Assembly (NCBI GenBank): GCA_004322365.1
Contig: SCTS01000005.1
Location: forward strand, 3,697-67,696
Length of the DNA: 64,000 bases
Origin: Patescibacteria group bacterium
GTDB taxonomy: Bacteria > Patescibacteriota > Minisyncoccia > Phycocordibacterales > Phycocordibacteraceae
Direction: 5' to 3'
In this document: one piece after another, positions 46,235 through 55,467 of the stretch
How the letters are laid out: each line of letters starts with the position of its first letter
How positions within the stretch are numbered: position 1 is the first letter of the stretch
Translations under genes and position numbers: made by a program
Notes under the pieces: model-generated
Databases searched by the model: none
Told to the model about the DNA's origin: nothing
The model's input: only the letters and a program-made list of their open reading frames with translations

Positions 46235-47323
46235 TCAAGAAACTAAACGGAAAATATCGTGTGCAGTAACTGCGAGCATAAGAATAATGAGCACACCAAA
46301 CCCAGCAACATTTATGATGTCAGAAACTCGTGCAGGAATCTTACGACGAGAGATTGTTTCAATACCCAAAAGTGCTAATCGTCCGCCATCAAGAGCTGGA
46401 AATGGAAGTAAGTTAACAATAGCTAGGTTCATTGAAATTAATGCTGCGAGAGAAAGAACAGAACCCAAGCCAAACCCGCTAGCATCTCCAACAAGTGACA
46501 CAATGCCAACCGGCCCCGTAATGTTTGAAATATCTGCGGAAAATGTAAACGCCTGACCGATAAGTGTCCCTAGCCCAATTATGATTCCCTTTGTTTGAGT
46601 AATGGTATCGGTAACTCCTGCAACAAAAGCTTTTTCAACAGGTAGCGAGAGCGTCCCTACAAGCGCGGGTGCAATACCAATGACTAACCGTTCAGGGTTT
46701 TTAGAATCAAGACCTTTAAGGGGTGTAACAGTGAAATCTTGCTGGACATTGTTTCGAAGAACGCCAACTGTAATGGGGCCCTCTGCATCCCCTATGGCAG
46801 TAAGAACATCTTCAGGTTTCTCTATTTTTGTTTCAACACTATTTGAGGAGATGGAAACAATTTCATCACCTGCCTTGATGCCCGCATTGAATGCGGGGCT
46901 ACTTGGAAGCACTTGTACTGCTCGTACATGCGGATCCTGTATATACTTTGCATTCTCTGTATCCCCAACCAACGCAGGGATACCTACCATTAATGCAGTC
47001 GTAGAAAGAATGAGACCTAAAATAAGGTTAGAAAATGGTCCGGCAAATAATGTAGCGGCTTGGAGAATTTTTGGACGCCTCGCAAATGCCCGAGGATCAT
47101 CTAAACCTGCATCATCTTCACCAACAATCTTTACGAAACCACCAAATGGCAGTGCGTTGATTGTGTATTCCGTTTCTCCAATTTTCTTCCCCCACAATTT
47201 TGGAGGAAAGCCAAGACCGAATTCTGGCACCTTCATACCAGAAAGCTTTGCCACAATTAAGTGTCCAAATTCATGCCCCACAATGAGGGCAACGAGCATG
47301 ATGATGAAAATGAGTATGGACAT
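46235..47323 (-). CDS. rseP: Site-2 protease RseP (M50)
   Basis: HEFGH, PDZ domain and NLLPFPALDGG motifs. Confidence 0.95.
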   Translation of the reverse strand: MSILIFIIMLVALIVGHEFGHLIVAKLSGMKVPEFGLGFPPKLWGKKIGETEYTINALPFGGFVKIVGEDDAGLDDPRAFARRPKILQAATLFAGPFSNLILGLILSTTALMVGIPALVGDTENAKYIQDPHVRAVQVLPSSPAFNAGIKAGDEIVSISSNSVETKIEKPEDVLTAIGDAEGPITVGVLRNNVQQDFTVTPLKGLDSKNPERLVIGIAPALVGTLSLPVEKAFVAGVTDTITQTKGIIIGLGTLIGQAFTFSADISNITGPVGIVSLVGDASGFGLGSVLSLAALISMNLAIVNLLPFPALDGGRLALLGIETISRRKIPARVSDIINVAGFGVLIILMLAVTAHDIFRLVS

Positions 47324-47324
47324 G

Positions 47325-47410
47325 GATTTTAGCTTCTAGCTTCTAGCTTTTAGCTTCTAGGCGCTAGCTTTCAATTCTAACCTAGAACCTAACACCTAGC
47401 ACCCAAAACC
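47325..47410. repeat. Heptamer array, inverted pair
   Basis: (AGCTTCT)n ... ACCTAGA ACCTAAC ACCTAGC. Confidence 0.8.
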
Positions 47411-47418
47411 TCTAACAA

Positions 47419-47955
47419 CTAAGAAGCCAAGTCAGCTTCCTTCTTCTCGGTAGCAACTTCGAGTTTCCCATTTACTTCGTCAACGACCTTTTGGACTTCT
47501 GCTTTAAGACGCTTCACCTCATCCTCACTTGATTCATCCTTCTCGATATCGGAAATTGCCTTTGTTCTGAGAGCTCGAAGTTGAATGCGTGCTTCTTCAA
47601 GTTTCCCTCGCACTAACTTAATTAACTGATGTCTGCGCTCTTCGGTAAGCATCGGAAATGATACGCGAATTCCCTTGTCGTCAGAACCTACTGAAACACC
47701 TAAATCTTCTAGTGTTATAGCCTTTTCAATTGCCTTGACCTGTTCTCTATCCCACGGGCTCACATATAAGGTGCGCGCATCTTCAATGGTGATATTTGCA
47801 ACCTGATTCAACTTCATCCGAGAGCCATACACTTCAATAAAAATACCATCCAGTAATGTTGGCGTTGCACGCCCCGTGCGAAGACTCGATACTTCTGTAA
47901 GTAGCCAATCGACTTTCTCAAGCGCAAGCTTTTTGAATGTGTTCAAATCGTACAT
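47419..47955 (-). CDS. frr: Ribosome recycling factor
   Basis: LRTGRA.P, YG, PWD and P.LTEERR motifs. Confidence 0.96.
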   Translation of the reverse strand: MYDLNTFKKLALEKVDWLLTEVSSLRTGRATPTLLDGIFIEVYGSRMKLNQVANITIEDARTLYVSPWDREQVKAIEKAITLEDLGVSVGSDDKGIRVSFPMLTEERRHQLIKLVRGKLEEARIQLRALRTKAISDIEKDESSEDEVKRLKAEVQKVVDEVNGKLEVATEKKEADLAS

Positions 47956-48025
47956 ACCTAGTGTTTAGGGTATAGCGTTTAGGGTTTAGAGTAAAGAGGA
48001 ATATGAGTGCGGTATTATTGAGCCT

Positions 48026-49174
48026 ATGAATAAGACTGCCGATCACAAGGGACTTCGCACATGGATTGAAATAGACCGCCGTGCCATAAGGCACAACTAC
48101 AAGCTCTTCCGCTCTCTCATACCCAAAACCACTAAATTACTCTCAGTTGTAAAATCAAATGCCTACGGACATTCACATATCGATTTCTCAAAAGAAGTTG
48201 AAGCGCTCGGCATTGATTACATCGCAGTAGATTCAATCGTCGAAGGGCTATCCCTCCGAAAAAGTGGCGTACGATGCCCTATCCTTGTATTGGGTCACAC
48301 GCTCCATGTACGCATCAAAGATGCGGCGGTTCACGATATACGAGTCGCAGTTTCAAGCATCACGCAATTACACCAGCTTCAAAAAGAAACATTTAAACGG
48401 CCACTTAAAATTCATATAAAAGTAGATACGGGACTGCATCGTCAGGGATTTACTCTTGACGACCTTGCAGAGGTTCGTAAATTTCTTGAGTGGAATAAAA
48501 AAACAAAACGCGTCGTCGTTGAAGGTCTCTTTACGCACTTTGCACAAGGGAAAGACCCTCTGCACCCCCTATACACCAAAAACCAACTAGGAGAATTTAC
48601 TACTTGGGTACAAGAATTTCATACACTTGGAGTGCGCCCAATTCTTCACACTGCTGCAACGGGCCCCACGCTCGTATTTCCTGAATCACATTTTGATATG
48701 GTGAGAATTGGTATTGGACTCTACGGCATCTGGCCAGATGAAAAAACAAAGAAATTTCTTGAAAAGAAATACACACTCAAGCCAATTTTGTCATGGAGAG
48801 CTGTGGTGTCTGAAATAAAAAAACTTCCAAAAGGAAGTAAGATTGGCTATGACTCAACAAAAACTTTAAAGCAAAGCAGCGTTGTTGCGGTGTGCCCTAT
48901 TGGCTACTGGCATGGATTTCCCCGCGCACTCTCATCGCACGGGTTCGTGCTCATAAACGGGAAACGTGCAAAAGTTTTGGGACGAGTTTCGATGGATATG
49001 ATTTCAGTTGATGTAACGGGAATTAAAAATGTAAAAGTTGGAAGCATTGCAACAATTATTGGTACAGATAAAAAAGATGAACTGAAGGCAGAAGACATTG
49101 CTGACTCAATGAACGCATCCACATACGAATTTCTCACACGTTTAAACCCACTTATCAAACGGCTCTATATTTAA
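48026..49174 (+). CDS. alr: Alanine racemase
   Basis: VVKSNAYGH, HIKVDTGLHR.G and GRVSMD motifs. Confidence 0.96.
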   Translation: MNKTADHKGLRTWIEIDRRAIRHNYKLFRSLIPKTTKLLSVVKSNAYGHSHIDFSKEVEALGIDYIAVDSIVEGLSLRKSGVRCPILVLGHTLHVRIKDAAVHDIRVAVSSITQLHQLQKETFKRPLKIHIKVDTGLHRQGFTLDDLAEVRKFLEWNKKTKRVVVEGLFTHFAQGKDPLHPLYTKNQLGEFTTWVQEFHTLGVRPILHTAATGPTLVFPESHFDMVRIGIGLYGIWPDEKTKKFLEKKYTLKPILSWRAVVSEIKKLPKGSKIGYDSTKTLKQSSVVAVCPIGYWHGFPRALSSHGFVLINGKRAKVLGRVSMDMISVDVTGIKNVKVGSIATIIGTDKKDELKAEDIADSMNASTYEFLTRLNPLIKRLYI

Positions 49175-49210
49175 ATCAGCTGCGGGATTTCTGGTTCCAG
49201 CTTTCAGCTT

Positions 49211-49236
49211 CTGTGCAACCTCCGGAGGTTGCACAG
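49211..49236. terminator. Perfect 26-bp palindrome between convergent genes
   Basis: CTGTGCAACCTCC|GGAGGTTGCACAG. Confidence 0.6.
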
Positions 49237-49251
49237 ATATCATAGATTAAC

Positions 49252-49941
49252 TCAGGTATGGGAGCGAGGGAGAGTCACCGCGAGATGTCCAAGAACTGCT
49301 TTTACTGACGAGCCTTGTTGGCGCATGTATCCTTGTGCGTCAAGCAAATCCCGAAGTGCCTGCGGTGAAGCGCCTTTTGTGTGTACTTGCTCTAGTAATT
49401 CTTTTACAAATGCCCTGACTGGTGCGCGGTCTTGGGTCTTGGTGATGTATCCGGTTATTTTCTCTACCATTTTTGAGCGCTCTTCAAAGGTTGCAGATAA
49501 AAATTCTCTCGCTTCTTTCTTTGCATCCTCATCATCAGAAAGCATGTGTGCATCAGACACTGACACCGCAACAGCTCTAGATTGAAGCGTTGGCAACACA
49601 TGCCCGAGCGCATCAATGGAGAAAAAGAAAATAGTATTGCCAGTCGCCTCTTCAACAACTTTGAGAAGAGCGTTTTGCGCTTCAGTAGTTGCACGACTAA
49701 ATGTAACTACCAAGTACTTCGAATCTTTAAGTGGTTTCAATGAAGCGTACGAAGAAATTTCACGAGCGTTATCAACGGAAAGCTCTGTAAAAGAAAGCAC
49801 GAGCACATCGGAGTTTCCTGCAGTCTTTATCCCACGCGTTTCAAGCATTGCCAAAACTTCAGAGGCTCCTTTGCCAGCGTTTCCTACAACAAGGTAGGCA
49901 TGATGTAGTTCTTTCGTATGAGCGAGTTCGGATACTTTCAT
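49252..49941 (-). CDS. holB: DNA polymerase III delta-prime-like clamp-loader subunit (short)
   Basis: HHAYL, EAQNALLK..EE and LPT..SR motifs. Confidence 0.8.
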   Translation of the reverse strand: MKVSELAHTKELHHAYLVVGNAGKGASEVLAMLETRGIKTAGNSDVLVLSFTELSVDNAREISSYASLKPLKDSKYLVVTFSRATTEAQNALLKVVEEATGNTIFFFSIDALGHVLPTLQSRAVAVSVSDAHMLSDDEDAKKEAREFLSATFEERSKMVEKITGYITKTQDRAPVRAFVKELLEQVHTKGASPQALRDLLDAQGYMRQQGSSVKAVLGHLAVTLPRSHT

Positions 49942-49963
49942 GTGTGAATACTAGCATTTACAC

Positions 49964-50980
49964 TTATCTGCGTTTTGTAGTCATCGTTTTCTTATAGGTT
50001 TCAAGATGGTCGAGTGCGATACCAGTACCCTTCGCAACACAGAACGCTGCCTCTTCTGCAAGCACTGCGCTCACGCCTGTTCGGCGAAATACCAACTCTG
50101 GTAAATGACGGAGTTGCGATGTTCCGCCAGTCATGATGATTCCCTTATCGATAATGTCAGCGGCGAGCTCTGGTGGAGTTTCTTGAAGCACTGTGCGTAT
50201 TGCTTTTATCATCTCTCTAAGCTCTCGAGATATTGCTCGCACAATTTCATTGGTTGAAACTGTTGCAGTTCGTGGAAGACCTGACAATAAATCGCGCCCT
50301 TTGATTGCCATCGAGAGTTCTTCTTCAACGGGCACCGCTGAACCAATACCAATTTTGATATCTTCAGCTGTCTTATCGCCAATAGCGAGGTTATACGTTT
50401 TCTTTATGTAGTCTGCGATTGCTTGATCAATGCGGTTGCCTGCACATTTCACCGAAGTTGAAGCAACGATGCCACCCAAGGAAATCACCGCAACATCAAT
50501 AGTGCCTCCCCCAACATCAGCAATCATATGCCCTCGGGGTTCATGAATAGGAATGCCTGCACCGATAGCTGCAAGAATTGGCTCCTTAATAACATATGCA
50601 TTTCGAGCACCCGCTTTAAGTCCCGCCTCAACGACAGCACGACGCTCTGTTGAAGTAACTCCTGCAGGAACAGAAACAATGACATCGGGTTTAAAAAGAT
50701 TCCATGCGCCTAACGATTTTTTAATGTAGTAGCGGAGCATTGCTTCAGTGACACGATAATCAGCAATGACACCATCTTTCATAGGACGGTACGCAATTAT
50801 TGAATCAGGAGTTCTCCCAACCATCTCTTTTGCTTCAGAGCCTATTGCCAAAATTTTTCGATCATGGACTGACACAGCAACAACAGAAGGTTCATTCAGA
50901 ACAACACCGTAGCCGGGCACATACACTAAGGTAGTGGTAGTACCGAGATCAATTCCGAGCCTTGGAGAAAAGAATGACAT
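49964..50980 (-). CDS. mreB: Second MreB/Mbl actin-like protein
   Basis: GIDLGT, RPMKDGVIAD, EP..AAIG and D.GGGT motifs. Confidence 0.93.
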   Translation of the reverse strand: MSFFSPRLGIDLGTTTTLVYVPGYGVVLNEPSVVAVSVHDRKILAIGSEAKEMVGRTPDSIIAYRPMKDGVIADYRVTEAMLRYYIKKSLGAWNLFKPDVIVSVPAGVTSTERRAVVEAGLKAGARNAYVIKEPILAAIGAGIPIHEPRGHMIADVGGGTIDVAVISLGGIVASTSVKCAGNRIDQAIADYIKKTYNLAIGDKTAEDIKIGIGSAVPVEEELSMAIKGRDLLSGLPRTATVSTNEIVRAISRELREMIKAIRTVLQETPPELAADIIDKGIIMTGGTSQLRHLPELVFRRTGVSAVLAEEAAFCVAKGTGIALDHLETYKKTMTTKRR

Positions 50981-51019
50981 GGCAAATAAGTGTAACAGAT
51001 GGAGCGTACAAATGAGCAC

Positions 51020-51047
51020 TTGACAAATACATCTATTGGAGTACAGT
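51020..51047 (+). promoter_or_regulatory. Promoter
   Basis: TTGACA-N16-TACAGT. Confidence 0.55.
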
Positions 51048-51086
51048 ACGTCTTCAAGTGAAGTTAGCGGAATAAATAAAAATCAT

Positions 51087-51347
51087 ATGTCTGTCGATAC
51101 ACACTTTGAAGAAGGAACTAACCCACTATCCAAAATGTGGGACAACATAAAAGACTGGGGATCACATCCAGAGGCAGATGCAGTACCTAGACATAGCTAT
51201 GCACCAGGCGGATGGAGTCCACAATACGAACCTGACGCTGAACACCCTGAAACCGTACCATCAAAGAAAAGTAACTGGGGTGAGGCTTTCATTGGCATGC
51301 TCTTAGGATGGATGATTAAAAGAGCTCAGAAAAAAAATAAACACTAG
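51087..51347 (+). CDS. Hypothetical protein with C-terminal amphipathic helix
   Basis: First gene of a three-gene operon with 3-bp gaps. Confidence 0.6.
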   Translation: MSVDTHFEEGTNPLSKMWDNIKDWGSHPEADAVPRHSYAPGGWSPQYEPDAEHPETVPSKKSNWGEAFIGMLLGWMIKRAQKKNKH

Positions 51348-51350
51348 ACT

Positions 51351-51581
51351 ATGGGATTTTTTAACCTCATCGGTGGAGAGAGACCTCTACATAAAGATCA
51401 TGATGCTATACCTTTGGCCCCAGGAGTGTATGATAAAAAAACACAACTGAAAGCTCGTACCCCTGAGCAGGTAGATGGAGATGGTGAAGAGGATTCATGG
51501 GATCAAAACGTGCCGACTCAATGGGAAAATGGGGGGATAGAAGTCGTCAACAAATTTTTTCGAGGGCTCTTCAACCGATAA
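51351..51581 (+). CDS. Hypothetical protein with C-terminal amphipathic helix
   Basis: Shares a DA.P...APG motif with the preceding ORF. Confidence 0.6.
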   Translation: MGFFNLIGGERPLHKDHDAIPLAPGVYDKKTQLKARTPEQVDGDGEEDSWDQNVPTQWENGGIEVVNKFFRGLFNR

Positions 51582-51584
51582 AAA

Positions 51585-52007
51585 ATGAGTGAATCGGCAG
51601 AAGCATTGTTTGGAGACAGAGGTCCACATTTCCGTGGACCTCTTTTCGAACGTCAGTTAGAAGTTCCAACACTGAAAATGCTTTCTGGTACAAGAAGTCA
51701 GACTACAGGCACTCACGTGTCGCGACTTCCCCATCAAGAACCATCGGTTACTTTTGTTAGCAGAAGAACGGAAGAATCAAAAGAAAGAAACATCCTTGGC
51801 AGTGCTGGGCACGGATTATTAAGGATAGCTGCTCTACCTATTGGTGCTACCTTATTTACTCTTGGAATGCTCGTCGATTCTGGTCTTGCTGTCGGGTTTG
51901 CTGCTGGCGGACATCTCACAGTCCCAATTGCTGCACTAGCTACCGTTGCGACGGCAACATGGATAGCGGGGGCAAAGTTGTGGGAGTTTGGAATTGGGAA
52001 AAAATAA
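51585..52007 (+). CDS. Hypothetical protein with C-terminal Gly/Ala-rich hydrophobic hairpin
   Basis: Two hydrophobic segments at the C-terminus. Confidence 0.65.
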   Translation: MSESAEALFGDRGPHFRGPLFERQLEVPTLKMLSGTRSQTTGTHVSRLPHQEPSVTFVSRRTEESKERNILGSAGHGLLRIAALPIGATLFTLGMLVDSGLAVGFAAGGHLTVPIAALATVATATWIAGAKLWEFGIGKK

Positions 52008-52016
52008 AAAACTTAA

Positions 52017-53291
52017 TTACGACCTTGTAATTTTTAACCCAACGCCTGCAAGGCGTTTTTCAATAGCTTCGTATCCCCTGTCCATCAAGTGAGCGTTACC
52101 GACATGCGAGGTGCCATCTGCAATCGCAGCTGCGAGGATATAAGCAAGGCCAGCGCGAATGTCAGGCCCATCAATATCGCGTGCTTTGAGTGGAGTTTTC
52201 CCTTTCACTGTGGCGCGATGTGGATTCACCACGGCAATTTTTGCACCCATACTCACAAGCTCAGTTGTGTAGTTTAAGCGACCATTAAAAATAGTTTCTA
52301 CTACGGTGCTCTCTCCTTCAGCCTGAGTAAGAGCCACCATCATGGGAGCTTGAGCATCTGTTGGGAAACCAGGGTATTCGTGCGTGCGTAACTTTACCGA
52401 ATTGAGGGTTTGAGGCGCTCGGATAGTAATTGAATCTTTTCCTACAGTAAGCATGGCACCCATCATGTGAAGAATTTCAAGTACTGCATCTAAATGTTCT
52501 GGGATAACGCCGGTGACAGTAAGCTCTTCCCCTGCAATTGCACCGAGAGCAAGAAAAGTTGCTGCTTCAATGCGGTCAGGCACTATGGCAAATGTCGATG
52601 CTGGTTGAGTAAGAGTTGAGGGATGAATAATAATAGTTGGAGTACCCGCTCCTTCAATATTTGCACCGCATGATTTTAAAAATTCAGCGAGAGCAACAAT
52701 CTCGGGTTCCATCGCACAGTTTTTTAAGGTGACAGGACCTTTTGCAAGAGGCGCAGCCATCATGAATGTCTCTGTTGCTGTTACTGAAACAATCCTGAAA
52801 AATATTTCGCCACCAGAAATACCATTTGGTGCCGAGAGTGTGTACGAGTCTCCGCTCTCCAAATAACTAGCACCAAGCTTCTGAAAACCAGAAATAAAAA
52901 TATCGATAGGTCGTTCCCCAATCACATCACCTCCCGGGTGAGGAAATGTGACGCTTCCTAGACGTGCAAGGAGTGGGCCAATGAGCACAATTGAGGCACG
53001 CATTGATTTTGCGAGTACGGGATCCAAAACACTTCCCGACAAACCCTTTGCGCTTACTGTAAGTTCACTACCTTTGTGAGTAACAAACGCACCCAAGCCC
53101 TCAAGTATCCGGCCGAGTGAAGTAACATCTGCAATATGGGGGACATTAGTGAACTTGGACTCCCCCTCAATGAGAGTAGCTGCCGCCATTACCTTTAGAA
53201 CATTATTCTTTGCGCCATACACAGGAATAGAGCCCTTAAGGGTTTTCTTTCCCGCTAGACCTTCAATAGTAAACACATTTTTTGATGTCAT
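52017..53291 (-). CDS. murA: UDP-N-acetylglucosamine 1-carboxyvinyltransferase (Cys-to-Asp variant)
   Basis: GAKN, MRASI, PGGDVIGERP, PDRIEA and YPGFPTD.Q motifs. Confidence 0.96.
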   Translation of the reverse strand: MTSKNVFTIEGLAGKKTLKGSIPVYGAKNNVLKVMAAATLIEGESKFTNVPHIADVTSLGRILEGLGAFVTHKGSELTVSAKGLSGSVLDPVLAKSMRASIVLIGPLLARLGSVTFPHPGGDVIGERPIDIFISGFQKLGASYLESGDSYTLSAPNGISGGEIFFRIVSVTATETFMMAAPLAKGPVTLKNCAMEPEIVALAEFLKSCGANIEGAGTPTIIIHPSTLTQPASTFAIVPDRIEAATFLALGAIAGEELTVTGVIPEHLDAVLEILHMMGAMLTVGKDSITIRAPQTLNSVKLRTHEYPGFPTDAQAPMMVALTQAEGESTVVETIFNGRLNYTTELVSMGAKIAVVNPHRATVKGKTPLKARDIDGPDIRAGLAYILAAAIADGTSHVGNAHLMDRGYEAIEKRLAGVGLKITRS

Positions 53292-53325
53292 TGGCTCTAT
53301 TGTACATTACGTCAGCTTTCAGGTG

Positions 53326-53364
53326 CTAGGCGACGCTTCGTCGGATCCGAAGGGATCATGCTAG
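53326..53364 (+). repeat. Double-hairpin element copy 4, inside a heptamer array (53313-53424)
   Basis: CTAGG-CGACG CTT CGTCG-GATCC GAAG GGATC-ATGCTAG. Confidence 0.85.
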
Positions 53365-53430
53365 GTTTTAGGTTATAGCTTTTCTGACCAAAAGCTGGAA
53401 GCTGACAGCTGAAACCTGTAAGCTAATACT

Positions 53431-55362
53431 ATGTTCATCGTCCGTGTCATGCCCATAGCACGAGGGGTTTTTCGGGATCACCTAACATTCTTCTCTCGCG
53501 ACGCTATACCTGCAGGCATGATAGTAACTGTTTCTGTTCGTAATCGATCACTCCCTGCGCTTGTTATTGAGAGCACAGATGCGCGTGAAGAAAAACTCGA
53601 TCTCCGTAGTGCTGATTTTTCATTAAAGAAAATCTCACCAAAAACAAAACCAAAACGCATTGTCACGAGTGCATTTGTTGCGGCGGTGAAAGATGCGGCG
53701 CTCTGGCATGGAGTACATGAGAGCGTTATGTTTGCAACGCTTACCTCGCAGGTAATTTTGACCGCTTCCAATAAACTCGAAGCCGTTACAGAACCAACAG
53801 CACACCTCAGTCTCGAAACTGAGCCTACGGTGCGTGCAGATCTTTTGGTATTACAGGCAGAAAAAGAAGAGCGAGTTCGTACCTATAGAAATCTTGCTCG
53901 GGAATCATTCGCGCGCGGTGAATCGGTCATGATTATAGTCCCCACGGTTACTGAGGCAGAACAGATGGAAGAAAATTTGAAGCGTGGAATTGAAGACCAT
54001 GTACTTTTACTTACCAGTGAAGTGAGTAAGAAAAAAATAATTGAAGCATGGAACCGGTGTAGCACCGATTTGAAACCACTACTTATTATTGGCACAGCCT
54101 TCGCACTTTCTGCACCACGCACCAACATAGGCACAATAGTTGTTGAGCGTGAAAGTGCGCGTGGATACCGAGGATTTTCTCGACCCCATGTAGATGTGAG
54201 GAGATGTGCGGAATCCCTCTGCAGAAGAATGGGTGCGAGACTCATACTTGCAGATTTTCCGCTACGCATAGAAACACGCTATCGAGTAGATGCACATGAA
54301 ATGGACGAACTAGCGAGGTCTCAAGTAAGACCAAGCGGAACTGCCGAGATATCAATTGTCGACACGAGAAAAAAAGAAATACCATTAGAGCAAACATCGA
54401 AAAAAGTTAGACGGGTCTTTACTGCCCTCACTGAGGAAACAAAGGAAAAGATACATCGCGAAATACTTCGTGGTGGTTGTGCAATTGTTTTTGCAGCCAG
54501 ACGCGGTATTGCCCCTCTGACCGTATGCAATGATTGTGGCACTCCAGTAACTGACCCTCACACTGGAGTACCAATGGTTCTCCATAAAACTGCCGATGGT
54601 AATCAGTTCATGTCGCACCGAAGTGGTGCGACTTTACCACCAGAAACACCTTGTAAAACATGCAAAGGGTGGAATTTGGTGACCTTAGGTATTGGAGTTG
54701 AGCGAGTCGCCGATGAGTTGGCAAAAGCATTCCCTGATTCCCCACTTATCACATTTACAAAAGATAGCGCACCAACACATCGCACAGCAAAAAAACTCTC
54801 AGAAGAATTTTTCTCTACCGAAGGGGCCATACTCGTTGGTACTGAGCGAATGCTTCCCTATCTAAAAAAACCAGTAGAAATTGTGGCAGTTGCTTCACTC
54901 GACAGCATGCTCTCTATCACCGCATGGCGCGCACACGAACACACTCTTTCCATACTATTTTATCTTCAAGAACATGCCGAGCTAGAGTTTATTGTAGAAA
55001 CACGAAAACCAGACAGTGAGGTAATGAAAACTTTTGCCTCGGGAAACCCTGCTGATTTTTATCGCTCAGATATTGCGGAACGGGAACAATACGGCTACCC
55101 GCCATTCACTACCTTTATAGGGCTCCTATGGAAAGGAACAAAAGTGAGCGTAGAAAAAACTAGTCTTACTATAACAGAAATATTTTCTGACACTGATTTA
55201 GTTGGACCCCTTCCTCCTATAGCAGTTGGAAAGAGTGAGTGGAGTGCCCGCGCAGTCATCCGAGTTCTCCGAAAGGAATGGCCAGATGCTCTCCTCATCG
55301 AGCGTATCCGCGCATTACCTCCTGATATAGAGGTAACGGTAGATCCGGATGAGATAGTCTGA
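53431..55362 (+). CDS. priA: Primosomal protein N' (degenerate helicase motifs)
   Basis: RRG....CxxCG, GIG.ERV, LVGT, YPPF and VDP motifs; Walker A/B eroded. Confidence 0.85.
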   Translation: MFIVRVMPIARGVFRDHLTFFSRDAIPAGMIVTVSVRNRSLPALVIESTDAREEKLDLRSADFSLKKISPKTKPKRIVTSAFVAAVKDAALWHGVHESVMFATLTSQVILTASNKLEAVTEPTAHLSLETEPTVRADLLVLQAEKEERVRTYRNLARESFARGESVMIIVPTVTEAEQMEENLKRGIEDHVLLLTSEVSKKKIIEAWNRCSTDLKPLLIIGTAFALSAPRTNIGTIVVERESARGYRGFSRPHVDVRRCAESLCRRMGARLILADFPLRIETRYRVDAHEMDELARSQVRPSGTAEISIVDTRKKEIPLEQTSKKVRRVFTALTEETKEKIHREILRGGCAIVFAARRGIAPLTVCNDCGTPVTDPHTGVPMVLHKTADGNQFMSHRSGATLPPETPCKTCKGWNLVTLGIGVERVADELAKAFPDSPLITFTKDSAPTHRTAKKLSEEFFSTEGAILVGTERMLPYLKKPVEIVAVASLDSMLSITAWRAHEHTLSILFYLQEHAELEFIVETRKPDSEVMKTFASGNPADFYRSDIAEREQYGYPPFTTFIGLLWKGTKVSVEKTSLTITEIFSDTDLVGPLPPIAVGKSEWSARAVIRVLRKEWPDALLIERIRALPPDIEVTVDPDEIV

Positions 55363-55370
55363 GACACCAC

Positions 55371-55461
55371 CAGCTTTCAGGTGTCAGGTTCCAGCTGTCA
55401 GCTTTTCACATCCTCAATTTCAGTCCGAAAGCTGGAACCTGACAGCTGGAACCTGTAAACT
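55371..55461. repeat. Heptamer array, inverted pair
   Basis: AGCTTTC AGGTGTC AGGTTCC AGCTGTC ... AGCTGGA ACCTGAC AGCTGGA ACCTGTA. Confidence 0.85.
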
Positions 55462-55467
55462 GGAGGG

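Noticed and set aside
46602-47339. 245-aa plus-strand ORF
   Set aside because: Fully antisense to the well-supported rseP gene.
42967-50980. Two mreB genes and class I LysRS as novelties
   Set aside because: Both are expected in this lineage; used only as taxonomic hints.
7497-55461. Heptamer arrays and 42-bp palindromes as CRISPR repeats
   Set aside because: No regular repeat-spacer periodicity, copies are kilobases apart, and there are no cas genes.
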